From positions 1 through 49,644 of the forward strand of contig JBGPHP010000003.1 in assembly GCA_041484445.1 (NCBI GenBank): DNA of 49,644 nt, given 5' to 3'. Source of the DNA: Gemmatimonadota bacterium (lineage in GTDB: Bacteria; Gemmatimonadota; Gemmatimonadetes; Gemmatimonadales; GWC2-71-9). This document shows, piece after piece, positions 29,349 to 39,418 of the stretch (its first letter is position 1; each line of letters opens with the position of its first letter). The notes below the pieces were generated by a model. It was given only the letters and a program-made list of their open reading frames with translations. It did not search any database and was not told the DNA's origin. The position numbers and the translations under genes were made by a program.

Positions 29349-29864
29349 CTAGATCTCGGTCTTCCGGTGTGCGATCAGGCGCAGCAGCGCCTTGATGCCC
29401 ATGTGGAGGACGAGGTAGGCGAGGATCGCGATGACGATCGGGAGGGCCAGCGTGAAGCCTTCAGCCGTCGGGCTCGCCACGATTCCCCGAAACATCGCGT
29501 AGAACGGATCGGTGATGGCGCGGATGAGCTGCACGAAGCCGGTGCCGGCGTTGGCCCCGATCAGGGCGAGGACGAGCCGAATCGCCAGCAACGTGTAGAC
29601 GGCATAAAAGGCGTAATCGACCACCTGCGCGATGCGCGTCAGGCTGCGCGCACGTCCTGCCTCGCGATCGGTGCCGACGACTTCATCGATCGCCTTGCCA
29701 CGAAATTTTTCGGCGACCTGGTCCATCCGCTGACCCTCCGTGCGGGTCGCGTGCTCGGCGCGCTCGGCGATGTCGGCGTTGACATCCTTGTCGACCTGAG
29801 ATTTCATCGAATCATGCAAGACCGCGCGACGTGCTTCGCCGACGGCCACCTTGTTGTCTTCCAT
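29349..29864 (-). CDS. YggT-family membrane protein with charged N-terminal extension
   Basis: LLAIRLVLALIGAN...FVQLIRAITDPFYAMFRGI pattern; AGAGGAG RBS before ATG. Confidence 0.78.
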   Translation of the reverse strand: MEDNKVAVGEARRAVLHDSMKSQVDKDVNADIAERAEHATRTEGQRMDQVAEKFRGKAIDEVVGTDREAGRARSLTRIAQVVDYAFYAVYTLLAIRLVLALIGANAGTGFVQLIRAITDPFYAMFRGIVASPTAEGFTLALPIVIAILAYLVLHMGIKALLRLIAHRKTEI

Positions 29865-30029
29865 AGCTGCTCCTCTATTGAATGTCTCGATCCGCGCGTG
29901 CCGGGTAGACCGATTTCACCACCATGAGGATAGTCCCGGCCACCGTCGCGGGGGTATTAGCCGAAGGGATGGAAAACGGCCTACATCCGTTGACGTACTT
30001 CGCGTGACGCGAACGAGGCCTGGAAGCAT

Positions 30030-30061
30030 GAAGCGGGAGCCGATCATCAGGCTCCCGCTTC
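30030..30061 (-). terminator. Hairpin downstream of tRNA-Ile2, probable terminator
   Basis: GAAGCGGGAGCC-N8-GGCTCCCGCTTC, perfect 12-bp stem. Confidence 0.55.
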
Positions 30062-30121
30062 CTGTGACTCTGATGCGCGACCGGCGCCCGAACCAGCCGA
30101 GCGAACCACTCGGCGAAACCG

Positions 30122-30194
30122 TGGGCCCTCCAGGATTTGAACCTGGGACCGACGGATTATGAGTCCGCTGCTCTAACCACTGAGCTAAGGGCCC
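30122..30194 (-). tRNA. tRNA with CAT anticodon, most likely tRNA-Ile2 (lysidine)
   Basis: GGGCCCTTAGCTCAGTGGTTAGAGCAGCGGACTCATAATCCGTCGGTCCCAGGTTCAAATCCTGGAGGGCCCA; G1-C72 paired (not initiator), C4/C5 acceptor pairs, ileX-like sequence. Confidence 0.9.
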
Positions 30195-30215
30195 GTAACG
30201 ATCGGAAGAATCTAA

Positions 30216-31235
30216 TCATAACAATCCGCCCCTTCGCAACCTCCCCACCTGATCTTGCGCCGCATCGTAGGCTGCGACCACTTCGGTCGGCGTCACGGTG
30301 GCCACGCCCGCCTTCCCGACCTCGATCCCGGCGGCGTAGGTCGCCAGCTCGGCGGCCTCGCGCAGCGACGCACCGGCCGCCAGGGCGGTCCCCATCCACG
30401 CGGTGACGGTATCGCCCGCCCCGGACACGTCGTACACCTCACGCGCCAGCGCCGGAATCCGGGTGAGCTGACGGTCCTTGGTGAGGAGCCCCATCCCCTC
30501 GTCACCGAGGGTGAGCAGCAGGTTGTCGACGCCGAGGCGATCGAGGACCTCGGGGAGCGCGTCGGGATGGGCGAGATCGAGCGCCGCGCCCATCGCCTGC
30601 TCGAGCTCGCGGCGGTTGGGTTTGAAGACGGTGGCGCCCCGGTAGTCGAAGAAGTGGCGGAACTTGGGATCGACGACCACCGGCACACCGCGACGGCGCG
30701 CGGTCGCCATGGCGCGCTCAATGACCGCCGGGGTGAGCGCGCCTTTGTTGTAATCCTCGATGAGCAGCGCATCGGCGTCGGCCATGGCGCGCTCGAGCGC
30801 CTCGGCGAGCGCCTGCGCGGAGCGATCGGGAATGGGGTCGTCTACCTCTTCGTCGATGCGCACGACTTGCTGGCCGCGGGCCACGACGCGCGTCTTCGAC
30901 GTGGTGGGTCGCTCGGGCACGACCACGAGCCAGCCGTCGCCGAGCCGGTGCTGGGCCAGCTCTCCGCGCAGCGAGTCGCCGCGGGCATCATCACCGATCG
31001 GCGCCACCAGGCGTCCTTCGGCGCCGATCGCCGCGACGTTGGCTGCGACGTTGGCGGCGCCGCCGAGGGCGGTGCGGCGCTGACGCACGGTCACGACCGG
31101 GACCGGCGCTTCGGGTGAGATCCGATCGACGTCACCCGCCAGATAGACGTCGAGCATGGCGTCGCCCAGCACGACGATGCGCCGGGCGTGCATCTTGGCG
31201 AGCAGTGCCTCCAGACGATCGCGCGTCAGGTCCAT
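30216..31235 (-). CDS. rfaE1: D-glycero-D-manno-heptose-7-phosphate kinase (stand-alone RfaE/HldE domain I)
   Basis: GDAMLD, RISPEAPVPVV, GGAANVA, DYNKG, DVSGAGDTV. Confidence 0.93.
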   Translation of the reverse strand: MDLTRDRLEALLAKMHARRIVVLGDAMLDVYLAGDVDRISPEAPVPVVTVRQRRTALGGAANVAANVAAIGAEGRLVAPIGDDARGDSLRGELAQHRLGDGWLVVVPERPTTSKTRVVARGQQVVRIDEEVDDPIPDRSAQALAEALERAMADADALLIEDYNKGALTPAVIERAMATARRRGVPVVVDPKFRHFFDYRGATVFKPNRRELEQAMGAALDLAHPDALPEVLDRLGVDNLLLTLGDEGMGLLTKDRQLTRIPALAREVYDVSGAGDTVTAWMGTALAAGASLREAAELATYAAGIEVGKAGVATVTPTEVVAAYDAAQDQVGRLRRGGLL

Positions 31236-31241
31236 GCAGCG

Positions 31242-31269
31242 GGGAACAGGGATGGGGGACGGGGGACGG
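31242..31269. repeat. 4x heptamer array (GGGACGG family) in the 5' leader of rfaE1
   Basis: GGGAACA GGGATGG GGGACGG GGGACGG. Confidence 0.7.
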
Positions 31270-31288
31270 GTCCGTGCATGCCGGGAGC

Positions 31289-31305
31289 AATCTACCTGTT
31301 ATCAT
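31289..31305. promoter_or_regulatory. Back-to-back -10 elements for divergent rfaE1 and asparaginase operon
   Basis: Minus TAGATT (31294-31289); plus extended -10 TGTTATCAT (31297-31305). Confidence 0.4.
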
Positions 31306-31332
31306 TGGCGCTGTCTTCTTCCGGGACCGAGC

Positions 31333-32310
31333 ATGCGCGTCGAGCTGCGCCGCGGCGATCAGACGGAGACGGTGCACCGCGTCCACGTCGCCGTCGTCGA
31401 TGCGGCCGGCGTGCTGATAGCCCGCGCGGGCGACCCGGGGATGTCGACGTTCTGGCGCTCGGCCGCCAAGCCGTTCCAGGCCCTGCCGCTCGTCGCGGAT
31501 GGCGCGGCCGATCGATTCGACCTCACCGATGTCGAGCTGGCGCTGTGCTGCGCGTCCCATTCGAGCGAGCCGCGGCAGGTCGCCTTGGTGCGCGCGTTTC
31601 TCCAGAAGATCGGGTGCCGCGAGGACGATCTGCGCTGCGGACCGCACACACCACTCGCCGACCACGTCGCCAGGGACTACCAGGCGAGCGGCGTGCGGCT
31701 CACGCCGGTGTACTCGAACTGCTCGGGCAAGCACACCGGCATGCTGGCCCTCGCGCGCCATCATGGATGGCCGACGGCGGACTATCATCGCCTGGCCCAC
31801 CCGGTGCAGCAGCGCTGCCTGGAGGAGGTGAGCCGGTGGACGAGAATGTCTCCGGACCAGATCGGCACGGCGGTAGACGGCTGTGGGGTCGTCTGCTACG
31901 CGCTGCCGCTGAGAACCATGGCGTTGGCGTATGCCAGGCTGGGGACGGGGGACGCGGGACGGGGGAAGAGTGGGGACACGTCCCGAGTTGTATCGGCCAT
32001 GCTCCACCACCCCGAGCTGATCGCGGGCGAGCGGCGGCCCTGCACCGAAATGATGTCCGCGTTTCCGGGACGCGTGATCACGAAAGTGGGAGCGGAAGGC
32101 GTGTATTGCGCATTACTGGTACAGGAAGGACTGGGGGTTGCATTGAAAGTGGAAGACGGTCACGGGCCTGCCGCCGTCCTCGCCATGGCGCGCACGCTCG
32201 AAGAGCTGAGCCTGCGACCACAGCCTGCCTCGCTCAGCGCGCGGCCGATCCACAATACGCGGGGCGAGCAGGTCGGCGAGCTGCGTGTTTTGGGCTCCCT
32301 GGAGCGCTAG
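31333..32310 (+). CDS. L-asparaginase, Rhizobium etli type (Asparaginase_II)
   Basis: RSAAKPFQA, ASHS, NCSGKHTGM, DGCG, KVGAEG motifs; ATG 31333. Confidence 0.9.
   Translation: MRVELRRGDQTETVHRVHVAVVDAAGVLIARAGDPGMSTFWRSAAKPFQALPLVADGAADRFDLTDVELALCCASHSSEPRQVALVRAFLQKIGCREDDLRCGPHTPLADHVARDYQASGVRLTPVYSNCSGKHTGMLALARHHGWPTADYHRLAHPVQQRCLEEVSRWTRMSPDQIGTAVDGCGVVCYALPLRTMALAYARLGTGDAGRGKSGDTSRVVSAMLHHPELIAGERRPCTEMMSAFPGRVITKVGAEGVYCALLVQEGLGVALKVEDGHGPAAVLAMARTLEELSLRPQPASLSARPIHNTRGEQVGELRVLGSLER
31942..31969. repeat. 4x heptamer array in frame within asparaginase
   Basis: GGGACGG GGGACGC GGGACGG GGGAAGA, encoding GTGDAGRGKS. Confidence 0.72.
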
Positions 32311-32314
32311 AACG

Positions 32315-35060
<2,746 letters not shown>

Positions 35061-35062
35061 AT

Positions 35063-35111
35063 GAATGCAGAGTGTCGACGTTCGGCATTCCGCATGCCTC
35101 ACTCTGCATTC
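35063..35111. repeat. 12-bp inverted repeat with heptamer periodicity (GAATGCA/TGCATTC family)
   Basis: GAATGCAGAGTG...CACTCTGCATTC; right side reads GGCATTC CGCATGC CTCACTC TGCATTC. Confidence 0.6.
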
Positions 35112-35127
35112 GCTTAGATTGTCACTA

Positions 35128-36237
35128 GTGCACCACCTCTACCTCCACGTTCCATTCTGTGTTCGTCGCTGCTCGTATTGCGACTTCTCGATCGCGGTGC
35201 GCAAGCGGGTTCCGGCGGACGAGTACGTCGCCGCAATTCGCGCCGAGCTCGAATCCGCCGGTCAGATTGGCCCGCTGGAGACGATCTATCTGGGCGGCGG
35301 AACACCATCACTGCTCCCGCCGCATGCCGTAGCGACGCTGCTTCAGTACGTCGTCGACCATACGTCCTCTCCGTACGCCGTCGAAGTGACGCTCGAGGCC
35401 AATCCCGAAGATGTGACGCCCGAAGCCGCGCGTGCCTGGCTCGCCGCCGGCGTCAATCGAGTCTCGCTTGGCGCGCAATCGTTCCAAGACCCGGTTCTCC
35501 AGTGGATGCACCGCTCGCATGATGCCGGCCGGATCGGGGGTGCCGTAGAGACACTGCGCCGTGCGGGAATCGACAACGTCTCGCTCGACCTCATCTTCGC
35601 GCTGCCCCGGGAGCTGGGACGCGACTGGTCCCGGGATCTGGACTTGGCGCTCGCCCTCGAGCCCGAGCACCTCTCCTTGTATGGTCTCACCGTGGAGCCG
35701 CGGACGCCCTTGGCGCGATGGCTGTCACGCGGTGCCGCCACCGCGACCGATGACGAGTGCTACGCCGAGGAGTATCTGATGGCGCACGAGCGGCTATCCG
35801 GTGCCGGGTATGCGTTCTACGAAGTCTCGAATGCTGCGCGCGACGGTCGTCGGTCTCGTCACAACAGCGCCTACTGGAGCGGTCGGGCCTATCGCGGGCT
35901 CGGACCCGCCGCACACTCCTACGACGGGCGGACGCGTCGCTGGAATCTCACGGCGTGGGAGGCGTACCGTCGCGCGCTGGCGGACGGTCGCTCAGCGGTT
36001 GAGTCCGAGGAGACTCTCAGCGACGAGCAGCGGGATCTGGAACGCCTGTATCTGGGTTTGCGTACGGCGGACGGCGTCCCCTCGACCATCCTCCACCGAC
36101 CGCTACAGCCGCTCCAATCGATGCTGGCCAGAGGCTGGGTGGTGGTGGACAACGGCTTGGTCCGCTGCACTCCGGAAGGCTGGCTCCGCCTCGACGCCCT
36201 GGTCGGTGCCTTGACCGGCTCGGTGGCAACTTCGTAA
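35128..36237 (+). CDS. hemW: Radical SAM heme chaperone HemW
   Basis: LYLHVPFCVRRCSYCDF, YLGGGTPS, EANP, YEVSN, HNSAYW; GTG start 35128. Confidence 0.93.
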   Translation: MHHLYLHVPFCVRRCSYCDFSIAVRKRVPADEYVAAIRAELESAGQIGPLETIYLGGGTPSLLPPHAVATLLQYVVDHTSSPYAVEVTLEANPEDVTPEAARAWLAAGVNRVSLGAQSFQDPVLQWMHRSHDAGRIGGAVETLRRAGIDNVSLDLIFALPRELGRDWSRDLDLALALEPEHLSLYGLTVEPRTPLARWLSRGAATATDDECYAEEYLMAHERLSGAGYAFYEVSNAARDGRRSRHNSAYWSGRAYRGLGPAAHSYDGRTRRWNLTAWEAYRRALADGRSAVESEETLSDEQRDLERLYLGLRTADGVPSTILHRPLQPLQSMLARGWVVVDNGLVRCTPEGWLRLDALVGALTGSVATS

Positions 36238-36240
36238 TTT
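36211..36240 (+). promoter_or_regulatory. Candidate sigma-70 promoter of hrcA-dnaJ
   Basis: TTGACC-N18-TAATTT overlapping the hemW stop. Confidence 0.45.
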
Positions 36241-36266
36241 GTTTCCCTGAAAGGGGTTGGAAGTCC

Positions 36267-37295
36267 TTGGCCACATCGCAGCTGAGTGAGCGCGAACGTC
36301 TCGTCCTGGGCGCCGTGATCGAGACCTACGTCCAGACCGCCGAGCCGGCGGCCAGCCGGACCATCGCCAAGCGGTTCGGTCTGGGCCTGTCGGCCGCCAC
36401 CATTCGCAATACGATGAGCGATCTGGAGGAGAAGGGGTTCCTCTATCACCCCCACACCTCCGCCGGCCGCATTCCCACCGATCAGGCCTACCGCATGTAC
36501 GTGGATGCGCTGACGCGCCTGCCGGCCGTCTCGCTCGACGAGGCGCATCAGATCCGCGAGGGGCTGGCCGGACCGCGCAACGCGGTGGACCAGATCCTGG
36601 CGCGGGCGGCTCAGGTGCTCGGCGTGCTCACGCAGGAGCTGGGGATGGCCGTCGGCCCGTCGCTCGATGAGGCCGTCCTGGAGCGGCTCGAGCTGCTCGC
36701 CGTGTCGAGCGACCGCCTGCTGCTCGTGTTGACGCTGAAGAGCGGGGCGGTGCGCACGATTTTCGTCGAGGTGCCGTCCCACATGGCGGCGCAGGCGGTG
36801 GTGCAGGTCTCCGTCGTCCTGAACGAGCGACTCGCCGGACTCACGCTCAAAGAGATCCGCTCGACGTTGTCGGAGCGGCTGCGCGACGCTACGCCGAGCC
36901 CGGAGTCTAGCGATCTGTTGAACATCTTCATCCAGGAGGCGGACGAGCTGTTCGAGGTGCCGGCGACCGGCGTGCTGCTGTCGTCGGCCCAGCTGCTCGC
37001 CGGGCAGCCGGAGTTCGCGTCCGCCGAGCGGCTGCAAGGCCTGCTCCAGGTCACCGAGCGCCGTGACCTGCTGCGCGAAGCGCTCGCGCAGCGCACCTCA
37101 CCCGGACTCACCATCACGATCGGTAGCGAACACGTGGATCCGAAGCTCGCCGCGTTCACGCTGGTCACGTCGTCGTACCGGTCGGGTCCGTTGTCGGGAG
37201 TCATCGGGGTGCTGGGGCCGACCCGGATGCCGTACGATAAGATCGTGGCGCTGGTGGATCACACCAGCCGCCTGGTGCAGGAGCTGCTGCAATGA
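36267..37295 (+). CDS. hrcA: Heat-inducible transcription repressor HrcA
   Basis: [37 protein letters not shown]. Confidence 0.97.
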   Translation: MATSQLSERERLVLGAVIETYVQTAEPAASRTIAKRFGLGLSAATIRNTMSDLEEKGFLYHPHTSAGRIPTDQAYRMYVDALTRLPAVSLDEAHQIREGLAGPRNAVDQILARAAQVLGVLTQELGMAVGPSLDEAVLERLELLAVSSDRLLLVLTLKSGAVRTIFVEVPSHMAAQAVVQVSVVLNERLAGLTLKEIRSTLSERLRDATPSPESSDLLNIFIQEADELFEVPATGVLLSSAQLLAGQPEFASAERLQGLLQVTERRDLLREALAQRTSPGLTITIGSEHVDPKLAAFTLVTSSYRSGPLSGVIGVLGPTRMPYDKIVALVDHTSRLVQELLQ

Positions 37296-38452
37296 GCCGT
37301 CGCGGGGACTTTTACACGGTGCTCGGCGTCGCGCGCGACGCGTCGGAAGCGGAGATCAAGAAGGCGTACCGCAAGCTCGCCATGGAATTCCACCCGGACC
37401 GCAATCCGGCGCCCGAGGCGGAGGAGCGGTTCAAGCAGATCACGGAAGCCTACGAGGTGCTACGCGATTCCGATCAGCGGGCGACCTACGACCGCTTCGG
37501 CGAAGCGGGACTCAAGGGCGGCGGGGGCGGCCCCTTCAGCGGCGGATTCGCGCACTTCGATCTCTCCGAAGCACTCAACATCTTCATGCGGGACTTCGGC
37601 GGGCTGGGCGGCTTCGATGCGTTCTTCGGGGGCGGCGAACGCAGCCGCCGCGACCGCCGCCGCGGGCCGGATCTCAAAGTATCGATCAAGCTCTCGCTCT
37701 CCGAAGTCGCGACGGGGGCGACGAAGGCGCTGAAGCTGCGTACGCTCGATACGTGCACGGTCTGTCAGGGGACCGGCGCCAAAGCCGGGACCAAGGCGAC
37801 GACATGCGGCACCTGCGGCGGCAGCGGGGAAGTGCGCCGCGCCGCGCAGTCGATGTTCGGTCAATTCGTGTCGGTGTCGCCGTGTCCCGCGTGTGCCGGT
37901 GAGGGGACCGTGGTGCGCGAGCCATGCCCCACCTGCCGGGGCGACGGCCGCGTCAAAGCGGAAAAGACGGTGCAGCTCGATGTCCCCGCCGGCGTCGCCG
38001 ATCACCACTACCTGACCGTACGCGGCCAGGGTGTGCCGGGCCCACGCAACGGGCCGCCGGGGGATCTGATCGCGGTGCTGGAGATCGCCGAGGATCCGCG
38101 CTTCGAGCGGCACGGCGACGACCTGGTGTACGATCTCCCGATCTCGTTCAGCCAGGCCGCGCTCGGCCTCGAAGCGGAAATCCCGACGCCGTATGGCTCG
38201 GCCCATCTCAAAGTGCAGCCCGGAACACAGACCGGCACCATCTACCGTTTGCGCGCCAAGGGCCTGCCGCGCCTGGGCGAGAGCGGCCACGGCGATCTGC
38301 ACGTGCGCATTCAGGTCTGGACTCCCACGCGTCTCACCCCCGAGCAAGAGTTGGCGTTCCAGGAGCTTGGCAAGGTCGAGGGGGAGCCGCCGTCGGCCGA
38401 GAGCCTGGGTCGCGGCTTCTGGAACAAGCTCCGTGAGGCGTTCGGGGCGTGA
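37292..38452 (+). CDS. dnaJ: Chaperone DnaJ (type I)
   Basis: J domain with HPD, G/F-rich region, four CxxCxGxG repeats. Confidence 0.98.
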   Translation: MSRRGDFYTVLGVARDASEAEIKKAYRKLAMEFHPDRNPAPEAEERFKQITEAYEVLRDSDQRATYDRFGEAGLKGGGGGPFSGGFAHFDLSEALNIFMRDFGGLGGFDAFFGGGERSRRDRRRGPDLKVSIKLSLSEVATGATKALKLRTLDTCTVCQGTGAKAGTKATTCGTCGGSGEVRRAAQSMFGQFVSVSPCPACAGEGTVVREPCPTCRGDGRVKAEKTVQLDVPAGVADHHYLTVRGQGVPGPRNGPPGDLIAVLEIAEDPRFERHGDDLVYDLPISFSQAALGLEAEIPTPYGSAHLKVQPGTQTGTIYRLRAKGLPRLGESGHGDLHVRIQVWTPTRLTPEQELAFQELGKVEGEPPSAESLGRGFWNKLREAFGA

Positions 38453-38790
38453 CGAGCGATTGTCTGTTCTGCAAAGTCGCGCGCGGCGAGATCCCGGCGA
38501 GCATCGTGCAGCGGACCGGACGGCTGCTGGCGTTCCGCGATATCAACCCGCAGGCCCCTACGCATCTGCTCGTGATCCCCGTCGATCATGTGGCGTCGCT
38601 CGAAGCGGCGAGCGACGGTGCGCTGCTCGGCGAGCTGCTGTTGTTCACCCGGAGCCTCGCGCGGGACGCAGGATTGGGCGAGCGGGGGTATCGGATCGTG
38701 CTCAACACGAACGCCGACGGCGGTCAGACGGTGTTCCATCTCCACGCCCATCTGCTCGGCGGGCGGGCGATGCGGTGGCCGCCTGGCTAG
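38449..38790 (+). CDS. Histidine triad nucleotide-binding protein (HinT)
   Basis: [34 protein letters not shown]. Confidence 0.95.
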   Translation: MTSDCLFCKVARGEIPASIVQRTGRLLAFRDINPQAPTHLLVIPVDHVASLEAASDGALLGELLLFTRSLARDAGLGERGYRIVLNTNADGGQTVFHLHAHLLGGRAMRWPPG

Positions 38791-38793
38791 GAC

Positions 38794-38823
38794 TTGCGGC
38801 GCTTCGACCGCGACCGCTAACTT
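38794..38823 (+). promoter_or_regulatory. Candidate sigma-70 promoter for rpsU-yqeY-mutS2-dnaG
   Basis: TTGCGG-N18-TAACTT. Confidence 0.4.
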
Positions 38824-38881
38824 GGCTGGTCTTCCACAGTTAGCCATCGGCCAGAGGATTCGGGGAACGACGAGAACGACG

Positions 38882-38973
38882 ATGCCCGAAGTCATCATTC
38901 ACGACGACGAAAGCTTCGAGCGCCCAAGATGAACGCGGCACGTCGCAAGACCCGGCGCCCGCGTTCGTTCTGA
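38882..38973 (+). pseudogene. rpsU: 30S ribosomal protein bS21 with internal deletion and frameshift
   Basis: MPEVIIHDDESFER (bS21 N-terminus) joined out of frame to KMNAARRKTRRPRSF* (bS21 C-terminus); only 92 nt; canonical position between HIT and yqeY. Confidence 0.85.
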
Positions 38974-38974
38974 G

Positions 38975-39418
38975 ATGCCGAGCCTCGGCGAGCGGCTACA
39001 GGCCGCGCTCAACGAGGCGCGCAAGGCCCGCGATCAGGCCCGCACGCTGCTCCTCTCGACCATCCTGGCAGATCTCAAGAACCGCGAATTCGAGCTCCAC
39101 CACCCGCTGACCGACGAAGAAGCGGTGGAGGTCGTGCGTCGCGGCGTCAAGCGGCGGCACGAGGCGGCCGAGCAGTTTGCGGCGGGCGGGCGGCAGGATC
39201 GGGCCGCCGTCGAGCTCGCGGAGGTCGCGGCGCTCGAGGTGTTTCTCCCGGCGCAAGTGCCGCCGGAGGAGATCCGGGCCGCGGTGCGCGCCGCCATCGC
39301 CGGTGGCGCGACGGAGCTCGGCAAGGTCATGGGACAGGTGATGCCACGCTTCAAAGGGCGCGCGGACGGCAAGCTGATCAGCCAGATCGCGCGCGAGGAG
39401 CTGTCAGCGAGCGTATGA
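38975..39418 (+). CDS. yqeY: GatB/YqeY domain protein
   Basis: EARKARD, KRRHEAAEQF..GGR, LGKVMG, GRADGK. Confidence 0.93.
   Translation: MPSLGERLQAALNEARKARDQARTLLLSTILADLKNREFELHHPLTDEEAVEVVRRGVKRRHEAAEQFAAGGRQDRAAVELAEVAALEVFLPAQVPPEEIRAAVRAAIAGGATELGKVMGQVMPRFKGRADGKLISQIAREELSASV

Noticed and set aside
30122-30194. tRNA-fMet or elongator Met call for the CAT tRNA
   Set aside because: Paired 1-72 position, no triple G-C anticodon stem, and ileX-like sequence favour Ile2; elongator Met is not fully excluded.
35063-35111. CIRCE operator
   Set aside because: Contains GAGTG and CACTC but in the wrong order and spacing for TTAGCACTC-N9-GAGTGCTAA.
38882-38973. Programmed frameshift restoring rpsU
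   Set aside because: A shift would give only about 30 aa lacking the conserved core, and no slippery site is evident.
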